Origin: Phoronis australis
Taxonomy: Eukaryota > Animalia > Phoronida
Direction of reading: 5' to 3'
DNA: 64,000 nt
Assembly (NCBI GenBank): GCA_002633005.1
Contig: NMRA01000473.1
Location: forward strand, 253,668 to 317,667
Made by a program: the position numbers and the translations under genes. Each line of letters starts with the position of its first letter. Positions within the stretch are counted from its first letter, which is position 1. The notes under the pieces are model-generated. The model worked only from the letters and a program-made list of their open reading frames with translations. It ran no database searches and was not told where the DNA came from. Shown in pieces: positions 38,046 through 50,130 of the stretch.

Positions 38046-39033
38046 GAATATATTCAAAGTCATCCAGAACTCCCTGTTGTAATGGCTGTCAGAAGCTGAA
38101 TACATTCAAAGTCATCCAGAACTCCCTGTTATAATGGCTGTCACAAGCTGAACACATTCAAAGTCATCCAGAACTCCCTGTTATAATGGCTGTCACAAGC
38201 TGAATACATTCAAAGTCATCCAGAACTCCCTGTTATAATGGCTGTCACAAGCTGAATACATTCAAAGTCATCCAGAACTCCCTGTTATAATGGCTGTCAC
38301 AAGCTGAATACATTCAAAGTCATCCAGAACTCCCTGTTATAATGGCTGTCACAAGCTGAATACATTCAAAGTCATCCAGAACTCCCTGTTATAATGGCTG
38401 TCACAAGCTGAATACATTCAAAGTCATCCAGAACTCCCTGTTATAATGGCTGTCACAAGCTGAATACATTCAAAGTCATCCAGAACTCCCTGTTATAATG
38501 GCTGTCACAAGCTGAATACATTCAAAGTCATCCAGAACTCCCTGTTATAATGGCTGTCACAAGCTGAATACATTCAAAGTCATCCAGAACTCCCTGTTAT
38601 AATGGCTGTCACAAGCTGAATACATTCAAAGTCATCCAGAACTCCCTGTTATAATGGCTGTCAGAAGCTGAATACATTCAAAGTCATCCAGAACTCCCTG
38701 TTATAATGGCTGTCACAAGCTGAATACATTCAAAGTCATCCAGAACTCCCTGTTATAATGGCTGTCACAAGCTGAATACATTCAAAGTCATCCAGAACTC
38801 CCTGTTATAATGGCTGTCAGAAGCTGAATACATTCAAAGTCATCCAGAACTCCCTGTCATAATGGCTGTCAGAAGCTGAATACATTCAAAGTCATCCAGA
38901 ACTCCCTGTCATAATGGCTGTCAGAAGCTGAATACATTCAAAGTCATCCAGAACTCCCTGTCATAATGGCTGTCAGAAGCTGAATACATTCAAAGTCATC
39001 CAGAACTCCCTGTTATAATGGCTGTCAGAAGCT
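38046..39033. repeat. 52-bp minisatellite, 19 copies
   Basis: GAATACATTCAAAGTCATCCAGAACTCCCTGTTATAATGGCTGTCACAAGCT, head-to-tail with no spacers. Confidence 0.98.
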
Positions 39034-39199
39034 GAATTCATCGTCAGAGTAGTCTCCCCTGATGGCTGAGAATGAAGGGGAATTAACAGGAAAGTTGGTA
39101 TGAAGGTGAACACTTCATTTTGTAGTTAGAATGTTGCTACCATAATAGTTAGTGGCAACCATTTACAGGATTAACCGTCATGATGGTAAAGTGTACTAT

Positions 39200-39445
39200 G
39201 ACTACTTTTGCCATATGGTGTATCAAATGTATACATGCACTTTTGTCTGATTACTTTTGTCATGTACTTAGTCTGATTACTTTTGTCGTAGCGTATCAAA
39301 TGCATACATGTACTTTGTCAGATTACTTTTGTCATATAGTGTATCAAACGCATAAATGTACTTTGATTACTTTTGTAATATAGTGTATCAAATGTATACA
39401 TGTATTTTGTCTGATTACTTTTGTCATATAGTGTATCAAATGCAA
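39200..39445. repeat. Degenerate ~47-bp tandem repeat
   Basis: Recurring GATTACTTTTGTCATATAGTGTATCAAATG. Confidence 0.85.
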
Positions 39446-39464
39446 ACTGTAACCCATAAGTGTT

Positions 39465-40816
39465 AACAAGAGCAAGACAAAGCACAGAATGTGCCGTGAC
39501 TATGCCCAGGGGTGTTTACCAGTTTCATGCAATACAATTAGGAGTACTTTACCAATTCGACCATGATCATATCGAAGTCAAAAATCAGGTGCTGGCACAT
39601 CAAAGCCAAACACCTGTCTCTGTCATGGTTTATCAAACATTTGTCAAGCCATTTTGTCATTCTTGTGGAAAATTACAGTTGGTGAATATAGGCTCCTCTC
39701 GATGTCAAATCTATCTAAAAATCAATTGGGAAGGCAATGAATGCATGTCCAAAACAGGTGGACAAGCGTGATCTTGCTGAAATTAAAATGGCCAACTACT
39801 TCGGTGTCCCTGTACCACCACCACATATCTCTGCGTCAACCTTCATCAAAACCTGTTATGCTATTTTGGCAATAACCAACAGCCAAGTATTATTTTGTTA
39901 AATATTGCAATGGCAAACAGGAAGCTGGATCAGTCAAACCCAATCGAAAACTATCTGGTGCCCTGGACTACCAGGTAGAACCTGCAGTTCCTCCAAATTC
40001 TGGCACATCACCACAACAGTAATTGGCAAAGAAAATACAGCCAAAAATGAACATGGCCAACAGGCGGTGGAATGATAATCAAATCTCTGTGAAAATCTAA
40101 TGGTTATGGTGCATTCCTGCCAGGTTTCAGAACATTCAATGAGCCACATCGACAATGATTGATGCACAAAAATGGTCAAATAGATGGCGTCGAATATCCT
40201 GAGAAATCAACATGTACCAGTGCATAAGTGACACAGATCTTTGCATCAAGTTTCATCACATTAATTGACAGACAAGGAAAGCCTTGTTGAAAACTGGAGC
40301 AGTAGCTTTTAGTGGGAGGTGTGGTAGTCCATACAATCTGCAAATCAAATGGTGCCTCTGCATCTCCCATAAACCTCTATATCAAATTTCAGCAAAATCT
40401 GTTGAACCAGTTCCACAATAATCAATGAACAACAAATGTCTTTTCAAAAAATGAAACAGCCAATAGGAGGTGCTAAAGTAATCGGATCAGTCCAAAAATC
40501 AACTGGTGCCGGCATAACCCTGAAAAATACCTCTGAATCAAATTTCAACAAAATTTGATGGACCGTTTTGACATTAATCAATGCAGAATGAATAGCTGGT
40601 CAAAAACTAAAACGGCCAACAGGGTGTGCTGTGCTAGTCAAACCTGTCTGGAAATCAACTGGTGCGGGCACATCTTTACGTAATATACCTCTGTGTCAAG
40701 TTTCAACAAAATTCACCAACATGTAATCAGGAGACAAGGAAAATTGATGATGGAAAATTGATGATGGACGTGACGTCGACTATGTGGGACAACATATTTT
40801 GTGGGCTCGTAAAAAA
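39465..40816 (+). mobile_element. Helentron/HINE-like element with degenerate internal tandem units
   Basis: Begins AACAAGAGC; recurring AAATTTCA..AAAAT and ATGGCCAA units; ends in an imperfect stem-loop plus A run. Confidence 0.5.
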
Positions 40817-40954
40817 CAGACACATCTATCACACAGAAAAATGGGATATCTTCATATGCAAAAAAACAGCTGGTATTTAATAATGCAATTCTGCAATATT
40901 TCAGCATTTTCATTTAAGTCTAAACTACATGAAGCAGTGCAATCACATCAATAC

Positions 40955-41058
40955 CTTAGTTAGTTCCTCGTCGTTTCCCAGCAATGCCTGTGTTATGTTG
41001 TCGTAGTAACTTGCCAATTCGTCAGCAACAACCCCAGGTTTGCTCTCAGATATTTTGC
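40955..41058 (-). CDS. TAF6L: TAF6L exon 5
   Basis: TTGTAG / GTATTG; (G)KISESKPGVVADELASYYDNITQALLGNDEELTK; phase 1/0. Confidence 0.88.
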
Positions 41059-41690
41059 CTACAACACAAACGAGGAATATTAGTTGGAAGCAAATGGAAC
41101 ACAAATATCAGCTTTTAAATGAATCGAGCACCTCAACAAGACCAACACGAAGCATTAAAATGCACCCACAATTGAACAACAAATGGTATGCGTCTCGAGG
41201 TGTATATTTATTTTAGTATCATAAAAATGGCCACTAGTTGACACTGAATATGAACATTCTGTCCCAAAATGGAAAGGTGTTGTCTCAATGACAGAGACCT
41301 ATTTACCCAATATCAAGAAAAAACATCAAAAACTTTGAAAACACACAATCAGACAAATGTAACAAGAGCAACGCGGAGTGTTGAAATGCGCCCACAAATT
41401 CACCGCAAAAGGTGTGCTTCTAGGGGTGTTTATTTGGAACATAACAATGACCACTAGGTGGTGCAAAATACGTCAAATCCATCCGAAAACTGGTGTGTGT
41501 CATCAAAGCTATTTACCAAATTTCATAAAAATCTATCAAGGAAGTTCTGAGAAACCGAGGAAAATGAAGAAAATGAAATTGCCACTACCAGGCTATAGGC
41601 GCAAAAAACAGGACTTCCCCTAAAACATGCCACAGTAGATGAAGTCATTAGAAAGTCATTGTCAGCCGTCCTCTTCACATTAGGAACATA

Positions 41691-42918
41691 CCGTAATCGT
41701 TCGGGTTAACGCCCTGGGCGGTTAAATTGGCGAATCCAAAAAATCGGGGGAGGGCGGTTAACCGAGCAGTGGGCGGTTAAATCGAAAATCCACCTAAAGT
41801 AGGGGATGGGCGGTTAACTGAACATGGGCGCTTATTACGACAGACAACCGCCCTGGGCGGTTAATCTTACCTGGCGATCTAAATCCCGACACGACAATCA
41901 TACTCGGAACGCGTAGCCCTTTTCAAAGAGCTTTATNNNNNNNNNNNNNNNNNNNNNNNNNNNNNNNNNNNNNNNNNNNNNNNNNNNNNNNNNNNNNNNN
42001 NNNNNNNNNNNNNNNNNNNNNNNNNNNNNNNNNNNNNNNNNNNNNNNNNNNNNNNNNNNNNNNNNNNNNNNNNNNNNNNNNNNNNNNNNNNNNNNNNNNN
42101 NNNNNNNNNNNNNNNNNNNNNNNNNNNNNNNNNNNNNNNNNNNNNNNNNNNNNNNNNNNNNNNNNNNNNNNNNNNNNNNNNNNNNNNNNNNNNNNNNNNN
42201 NNNNNNNNNNNNNNNNNNNNNNNNNNNNNNNNNNNNNNNNNNNNNNNNNNNNNNNNNNNNNNNNNNNNNNNNNNNNNNNNNNNNNNNNNNNNNNNNNNNN
42301 NNNNNNNNNNNNNNNNNNNNNNNNNNNNNNNNNNNNNNNNNNNNNNNNNNNNNNNNNNNNNNNNNNNNNNNTTAATAGAATTTGGAGGGTTGGCAAAACC
42401 ATTGTCACATTTCTCTGGCCTGATTTTTTCGAATATATGTTTTATCTAGTGCACTGCAGACGGAAACTCAGCGCGGCAGACAAAGTCGCAGAAAGCGGAG
42501 GTTTTGACGCCGGCGGCGTTCTTAAACTTTGCAAACAAGGGAAGAAAATAAAGTGACAAAAAGGTTCAAGTATTATATTTTGAAGTGAGTTCATGACCCA
42601 AGACAATAACTCGTTACCTGTATTGTAATTCAGATTGCTAAACCACCGTCTCGGAGTCCCGGCGTCGTTGCACTCATTGTGATCATCGATCTTTTTCTAA
42701 AAGTCGGGGAATCGCGCGTTTCCTTAGCACTAGGCGCTAAATCTTCATTCTTTAAAAGTCGGGGATGGGCGCTTAACCGAGAGGTGGGCGCTTAACTGGA
42801 AATCTTCAAAAATCGCAGGGGGGCGCTTAACCGAGCAATGGGCGGTTAAATCGAAAATCCACTTAAAGTCGGGGGTGGGCGGTTAACTGAGCATGGGCGT
42901 TAACCCGAACGATTACGG
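41691..42918. mobile_element. TA-target DNA transposon/MITE spanning an assembly gap
   Basis: TA|CCGTAATCGTTCGGGTTAACGCCC ... GGGCGTTAACCCGAACGATTACGG|TA perfect 24-bp TIR; subterminal GGGCGGTTAA repeats. Confidence 0.9.
41937..42371. other. Assembly gap (N run)
   Basis: 435 Ns. Confidence 1.
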
Positions 42919-44820
42919 TACATGCCAATTTCCACAATCATCCTTAGAGTGGTTTGGTTGACAGAGGGGCAAACGCCAAATAACAAGACTCAAAAACTTT
43001 TAAAATGGCCACCAGGTGGCGCAAAATGTCACGAATCAAACCGAAATCCGGAGGATTGTGTCAACTCACTAATAGATACCTATCTGCCAAATTTTATGAG
43101 AATCCATTGAGGACCTTTGAAGATTAAGAGGTAAATCAAAAAACTAAAATTGCCACTAGGAGGCACACTGGTAGTCGGATCCATCCGAAAGTTGTCGTTT
43201 ATTGTCAAGTTCATATAAATACACTTGCTAAATTTAATACAGCTCCTGCTGAAGGTTTAGGAGATACAGCCATGGGTGCAAAAAAATGCCACTAGGAGGC
43301 GCCACAGTTATTGAGGTCGCCTCCTCTTCACATTAGGAACATGCATGCCAATTTCCACAATCATCCATAGAGTGGTTTGGTTGGCAGAGGGGCAGATGAC
43401 TCGAAAACAGTAAAAATGGCCACTAGGTGGTGCAAAGTTGCTCGAATAAGTCCGAAAACAAGAGGATGGCATTACCTCACTGATAGATGCCTAAATGCCA
43501 AATTTTATGAAAATACGTTAAGGACCTCCCAAGATACAGAAGCAAGCATAAAAAAAATAAAATAGCCACTAGGGGGCACACCGGTAGTCGGAGAGGTTCG
43601 AAATTCATAGTCGTCTGTCGTCAGCTTCATAGGAACACATCTGCCATATCTCATAAAGATTCTGGGAGGGGTTTAGAAGATACATCTGAGACGCCGGAAG
43701 CCCAAACAGAGATGATGGCAATATGAGACCACACATAAATATGTGAACGCATAAAAACCTATAATTGTTACTAGGGCGCAGAGCGGTTGTTGGATCAGTC
43801 TTATACTTGACATCATTTGACATGTGCTTCATAGCAACCCAACTGTCAGAGATCCTCCAAAGGGTTAATGAGATACAGCCATGGACGCAAAAACAAATTG
43901 CCACTAGGGGGACTACGGTAGTTTAACCCATCCAAAATAAACATCAGCCATGACTTTGTAATCAGAAACACATCAGCCAATTTTCATGATGATCCATTGA
44001 GTGGTTTTGCAAATACAGAGGCTCGAAAATGTGTAAGGAGAACTTATGCCATCAACCTGGTAAAAAAAATAAAAAGTGAGATTTAGTCCTGGCAAATTTA
44101 AACATCTCTATGGATTCCTCTCAACGTATACAATCAATTGCCAGAAATAAACACCATCAACAGCCAAGTTAGTCAACAGACTTTCAATGTCAAATAGGGT
44201 CATGGCCCAGTTGGTGAGTATTTGACCTTTAACCTTACAGACAAAAGAGAAAGTTTCAAGTAGTAAAAGTTCAATAATGCTAGGACCTCACTAAAAAAGC
44301 AAGCTCTCATGAGCTTGCACATTGTATTTTCAATGAGAGCAAGTGATTTTGGCTAGATTGTTCTCACTGTGAGACAGCTATTGAACTTTACCATACTGTG
44401 TAATCTTCATTAACATGGCCATTGAGTAGTTTCACTTAGAGGTATTTGGTAAGACTACAATGGGTCTAAACAAAGGACTCGACTTATCTGCACACTTGTG
44501 CATTTAAGGTAGAACATAAAATTGACCAAACTGTGAACATAGAAGACCATATCTATAAGTATCAACTCAATCTTGCGTTATTACCAGTGTAACTGTCCTT
44601 CTCTGTCTCACAAAAGATTGCCACCAGTTTGGTGAATTACCATTGATATCTTACAATCACGGGCACCGCAACACTGAAATAAGTGGGGACTATAGCCTTT
44701 CAGCTCCTCAAAGGCAGTGCGCCAACCATGTCATGTATCGGCAGTGCAAAACTGAAATAAGCGAGGAGCCAAAGCCGGCCCCAGTCCCCTAAGGTGTGCC
44801 GCTCATGACTATGAAGCTAC

Positions 44821-45030
44821 ATATGGGTCACTCTCACAGTGTTCTGGCCTTGTTTGATGACCTCTTACTGTGATGCTGTATATATGTCACTTTCACACTG
44901 TTCTGGCCTTGATTGATGACCTCTTACTATGATGCTGTACATATGTCACTTTCACACTGTTCTGGCCTTGTTTGATGACCTCTTACTATGATGCTGTGTA
45001 TAACCCACACTCACACTGTTCTGGCCTTGT
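44821..45030. repeat. ~59-bp tandem repeat x~3.5
   Basis: Recurring TCACACTGTTCTGGCCTTGTTTGATGACCTCTTACTATGATGCTGT. Confidence 0.92.
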
Positions 45031-45662
45031 AACGTGGCCTCGTTTTGTTTCTGAGCATGATAGACACATCAAAACAAATCAAGATTTAAATCGTAGATGT
45101 AAAAAGTCACTTAGAGATGTGGTTGGTTGTTAGCAGACGTTTCAATGAATGAGGCATTTCCCGCCTTTCGCTGGAGTATACGGGGAGGTAAGTGGAGTCC
45201 TCTGTCCTGGTTCAGGAGGGGAGTTGATGTTTATGGCCTCTTTGAGCTTACGAGTATGCCAATTTTGTTCCTTGGCTAGGATCCTGGATGATGCAAGAGA
45301 GATGGTGAACAGACTGCTTTGGCGTCGGCATCCAGACCCCCAACCATCTGGCTCAGATATGTGGACGGCACTTTTGTCATGCTCCCGCAAAATGACATCT
45401 CCACCTTCACTGATCACATTCAACAGTATTGACAACTGTGTTCAATTCACCATGGAGACAGAAATCAACATAACCTTACCGTTCTTGGATCTATGCATAC
45501 ATGTGGTCGATAATGGCTCCATCAAAATCAAGATCTACAGGAAACCGACAAATACGGACCAATACCTCCAGTTTTCTTCCAACCACCCCTTAAAGAAAGA
45601 AACATTCTGTCGCCTGTACCCTCCTGGATAGAGTTGATCGTTACATCACTGACTACTGTGAG

Positions 45663-48023
45663 TGTTGTGTACTTAGTCACACAATAACAGGATGTTTGTA
45701 TGTTGTTATTGTTTATGAGTTTAGTAGTTTAATTGGTATTACGTCATGCGATTCCTGGTATAGGAAGTGTGTCATAGGTAACGCATCATATGTTGTTATG
45801 TAGTTGTGTGTATATATATTGTTATGATATGTAGAATAAATCAGTTCAGTGTTCAGTTCAATTCTGTTCGTTTCACTGCGTAGTTCATGGAGTGTCTACT
45901 TTATTTGACAAAGTAAGATACACAACAGTGGCGACGAGATGACTGCGAGCTCACAAAGTTACCTGCCCCCGTTTTCCAGTGAATATGATGGTAGCGAGGA
46001 GTGGGAATGCTACTTGGAAAGGTTTGAACTGTTTCTACAAGCGAATGGGGAAACAGATTTCACGAAGAAGCAAGTGGCAGCAATGTTCTTGCATTCCATT
46101 GGCAAGAAACATTATGGAATTGTACGGGATCTGGTCAGCCCAGCCAAACCCAACCAGAAGACATACGGAGAGTTAAAGGAGACTCTGACGAAACACTTGG
46201 CAGGACCACGACTGACAATTGCGGAACGGAGAAAGTTTATCAAACGAGACCAAAATAGAGGTGAGTCGATTACGGACTATGTAGTCGCGCTCAAACACCT
46301 CAGTCTTACCTGCAAGTTTGGTGATAAACTGGACGAGCAATTGAGGGACAGACTTATTAGCGGAATTGCTAATGAGCAGACTTCGCTAAAGTTGCTTGAG
46401 AAGTCAAGGGAAAAGGAACTGACGTTTAACGAAACTGTCGAGTTCGCCTTAGCCAGAGAAAATACTTTCATGGAAAACAAAACCATGAAAGGTGANNNNN
46501 NNNNNNNNNNNNNNNNNNNNNNNNNNNNNNNNNNNNNNNNNNNNNNNNNNNNNNNNNNNNNNNNNNNNNNNNNNNNNNNNNNNNNNNNNNNNNNNNNNNN
46601 NNNNNNNNNNNNNNNNNNNNNNNNNNNNNNNNNNNNNNNNNNNNNNNNNNNNNNNNNNNNNNNNNNNNNNNNNNNNNNNNNNNNNNNNNNNNNNNNNNNN
46701 NNNNNNNNNNNNNNNNNNNNNNNNNNNNNNNNNNNNNNNNNNNNNNNNNNNNNNNNNNNNNNNNNNNNNNNNNNNNNNNNNNNNNNNNNNNNNNNNNNNN
46801 NNNNNNNNNNNNNNNNNNNNNNNTTGGGCCACGTTATTGACAAAACTGGAGTTCATAAATCTAAGAAAAAGGTCGATTTGATTATGAACATGCCATTACC
46901 AAAAGATGTGTCTGGTCTAAGAAGTTATTTGGGTCTTCTAAATTACTACAGACGCTACATAAGAGATATGTCCACAGTCATTGCGCCTTTGACTGCAATG
47001 TTGCAGAAATCCACTAAGTTTGAGTGGACAGCCAAAGCTAAAAAAAGTTTTTCAAAAGTCAAAAAACGCATTGAAAGAATCTGGATTCCTGGTTCATTTT
47101 AACTCAGAATTACCAGTAACCGTGGCAACAGATGCATCTGCTGAAGGTGTAGGTGCGGTATTGTCGCACATTGTTGATGGTGAAGAAAGACCTATTCAAT
47201 TTGCTTCATGTAGTCTGAGTAAAACAGAGAGGACATACCCTCAAATTGAAAGAGAAGCATTGGCGATAATCTTTGCTATGAAACGGTTCTATCCGTATTT
47301 GTATGGTCGGAAATTTACACTGATTACTGACAACAAACCACTTGTTGCAATTTTTGGTCCAAAAACCGACTTACCTATTTTAGCAGCAGAAAGAATGCAA
47401 AGATGGGCAATGTATTTGTCTGGATTCAACTACGATATCAAATTTCGTAATAGCAAATCCAACGCCAACGCGGACTGTTTATCTAGATTACCAGCTGAAG
47501 AATGTCAACAAGCTGAAAATGAATATGAACCATCTTATGCTCAGGTATTCCATGTTGATATTTTGCGTGTGGAAAATAACCTTACAAAACGGGAAACGCG
47601 GAATGATCCTGTTTTATCAAGAGTAATGCGGTATACCATTGATGGTTGGCCAAAGAAATTGTCAGAAAATGATGAAGTATTGAAGCCTTTTTTCTACAGG
47701 AGAAATGAGCTTACAATAGAAAATGGATGTTTATTTTGGGGATTAAGAGTAATAATACCGCCAAAATGTAGAAATAAGGTGTTAAATGAATTGCATTTCG
47801 GACATGTTGGGGTTGTGAAAATGAAAGCTGTTGCTCGTTCATATGTATGGTGGCCAAACTTGGACAAATCCATAGAGCAAACTGCAAGAAATTGCGAGTC
47901 TTGTCAACTCATCCGAAACAATCCATGTAGAATAAATCAGTTCAGTGTTCAGTTCAATTCTGTTCGTTTCACTGCGTAGTTCATGGAGTGTCTACTTTAT
48001 TTGACAAAGTAAGATACACAACA
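45663..48023 (+). mobile_element. Ty3/Gypsy (Mag-like) LTR retrotransposon, internally deleted
   Basis: 5' LTR 45663-45927 (TGTTGTGT...ACACAACA); PBS TGGCGACGAG (complementary to the tRNA-Ser 3' end); gag from 45939; RT tail, RNase H (TDAS..YPQIEREALA..TDNKPL..NANADCLSRLP) and integrase HHCC; partial 3' LTR 47925-48023; TSD GTGAG/GTGAC. Confidence 0.95.
46496..46823. other. Assembly gap (N run) inside Gypsy pol
   Basis: 328 Ns. Confidence 1.
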
Positions 48024-48611
48024 GTGACTACGTAGAAGAGATGGACCACGTTGAAGATGCGTTGCGAGCTAATGGATACCAGGAATGGATGTTTACTGAC
48101 CCCCCAAGTCATAAATCTACTGAAAAACTCGATGCTCCCTCCGTTACCATCGCATACATAAGAGGAATATCTGAACGCCTACAACACAACTGCAGAACCC
48201 ATGGAATTTCCTCTTACATGAAACCTATCAACACCCTCCGTTCCCTACTAGTCAGACCCAAAGACCCAACCCCGATGACTAAACAATGTGGGGTCATACA
48301 CCAGCTGAAATGTGACCAGGATCCCAACGACACCTACATTGGAGAAACCAAGAGACCATTCCTTACCAGATTCAAAGAACATCTGAAACTAGACAAACCA
48401 ACAGCTGTGGGGGAACATATTTTGGCGACTGGGCACACCATCTCTCTTGCGTGATCCAGGATCCTAGCCAAGGAACAAAATTGGCATACTCGTAAGCACA
48501 AAGAGGCCATAAACATCAACAGTCAGCGCCCCCTCTTAAACTGGGACAGAGGACTCCACTTACCCCTGTGTACTCCAGCATTCTTAACGAGCGAAAGGCG
48601 GGAAATCCCTC

Positions 48612-48655
48612 ATTCATCGACAAAGACCTGGCAGACCAGGTCGAAACGTCTGATA
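48612..48655 (+). ncRNA. Degenerate minimal type-I hammerhead ribozyme motif in the Penelope pLTR
   Basis: TCA-TCGACAAA-GACCTGG-CAGA-CCAGGTC-GAAA-CG-TC-TGA. Stem II is perfect; the CUGAnGA box is altered. Confidence 0.55.
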
Positions 48656-48860
48656 ACAATCAACCACGTCTCTAAGTAAGTGACTTTTTACATCTACAAT
48701 GCCTCTAGAGACCAATGACGAACCTATTCTACAAGATTTAAATCATCTTTTTATTTTTTTAACTTTATAACTTACTTGTTTTCAGTGAGATTATTTCAAA
48801 GTGTGCTTGTGGTGAGACAACTATATTCTATAAAGCGATTCCAAGAGACTCAAGACTCAC

Positions 48861-48914
48861 CTGAAGTGTTGGACAGGACATTGTGCTGTACACCTTCTAG
48901 CACCAACCAACTGG
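48861..48914 (-). CDS. TAF6L: TAF6L exon 4
   Basis: TTTTCAG / GTGAGT; (A)SWLVLEGVQHNVLSNTS (resembles the TAF6 HWLxxEGVQ motif); phase 1/1. Confidence 0.85.
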
Positions 48915-49459
48915 CTGAAAAAGCAAAGTTTAAAGTGGAACTTGCACGCTTATTGTTTATCTCTGTGACTGATTGGTCATACTGTTTATCTCTGTGACTG
49001 CTTGGTCAAATTAGTTACAAAAACAACCTATAGCAATGATGTGAATATGAAGTAGGTTGAAAATGGCCGAATGTTTTTAAGAACAAGTTTTGCGTTGCAA
49101 ATGATCCGCCCTAAATCGCTCAACCATGTCTAGTAAGTATTATGACGTGATGCTGGAGAAGAACACAACATGATGCAAGCAATGTGAGCCCCCAACGTAC
49201 GTTATTGGTGCAAAGGTCACATATTTGAAGAATTTTTTGGTTTCAGATTAACAAGATGTCAATAAATACAACTGCAATTTGTTTAGCGTAGACGATGTTT
49301 AAATAGCATTGTCGTTTAGTTCCCACAATGCATTAGCATACTTAGGAGCATGCAAAAAAATGAAGCAGTTTTCAAGACAAAAACACTTCAGTCACACAAC
49401 AGTTGACAATTCATTAAACACAAAGACTGCAGCACTTTAAAGTATTGGGAATGCCATTT

Positions 49460-50130
49460 TCCAACACCAAGAACAGAGAAATGTACCCACAACTGCACCG
49501 AAAATGGTGTGCTTCCATTGGTGTTTTTTTATTTTTTAGTATCATAAAAATGGCCATTAGGTGGCACAGAATACGTCAAACCCGTACGAAATTGGGAAGG
49601 CATCATCAACTACTTAACAGGTGACTATTTGCCAAGTTTAATGAAAATCCTCCAAAGAAATCCAAAGGAAGAGGTAAGAAAAAAAAAATTGAGGCATAGA
49701 AGTAATCGAATCCATTCGTCTGTTGTCAAGTTAATAGGAAGACACTTGCCAAACTGTGATCTTGCAAGGTGTTTAGTAGATAATGTCACAGTAGTTTGAA
49801 CCATCTAAAAATTCATGTCGGTCATACTTTTGTCAGTAGGAACACATCTGTCAATTTTCATAATGATTCCCTGCGCGGATAGAGAAGTAGATGGCAAAAA
49901 ACAGATTCAAAATAATAAAATGGCCACTAGGTGGTGCAGAATACGTCGAACCATCCCAAAATAAAAAGGTGCTTTTGTTCATAATAGAAACTAGTATGCA
50001 AAATTCATGAAAAAAACATCAAGAAAATCTGAAGATACAAAGGCAAAGGTAAAAAATAACATTTCCACTAGGGGGCACAGAGGAAATTAGTGCCGTCCAA
50101 AAAGTCATGGGTGGCCACTATCACATTTTT
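49460..50130 (+). repeat. Further copy of the Helentron-like motif array
   Basis: Head similar to 41135-41260; motifs at 49554, 49924 and 50065. Confidence 0.7.

Larger units (their letters stand above)
41135..44030 (+). repeat. Helentron-like ~140-bp periodic repeat array bearing CCAC(T/C)AG(G)NGG(C/T) motifs
   Basis: AACAAGA heads at ~41135 and ~41361; motifs at 41451, 43009, 43153, 43289, 43420, 43566, 43901; interrupted by a MITE at 41691-42918. Confidence 0.7.
45093..48731 (+). mobile_element. Penelope-like retroelement (5'-truncated, inverted pLTR) interrupted by a Gypsy element
   Basis: RT tail LPFLD...IYRKPTNTDQYL..SSNHP (45400-45660); GIY-YIG GVIHQLKC...YIGETKR...RFKEH (48030-48560); 45093-45307 is an inverted copy of the 3' end; 13-bp TSD CAAGATTTAAATC at 45080-45092 and 48732-48744. 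Confidence 0.92.

Noticed and set aside
38046-39033. Possible CRISPR array
   Set aside because: Units are contiguous with no unique spacers, there are no cas genes, and the context is a eukaryotic intron.
41923-46881. ORFs with long X runs
   Set aside because: They read through N gaps, so frame continuity is unknown.
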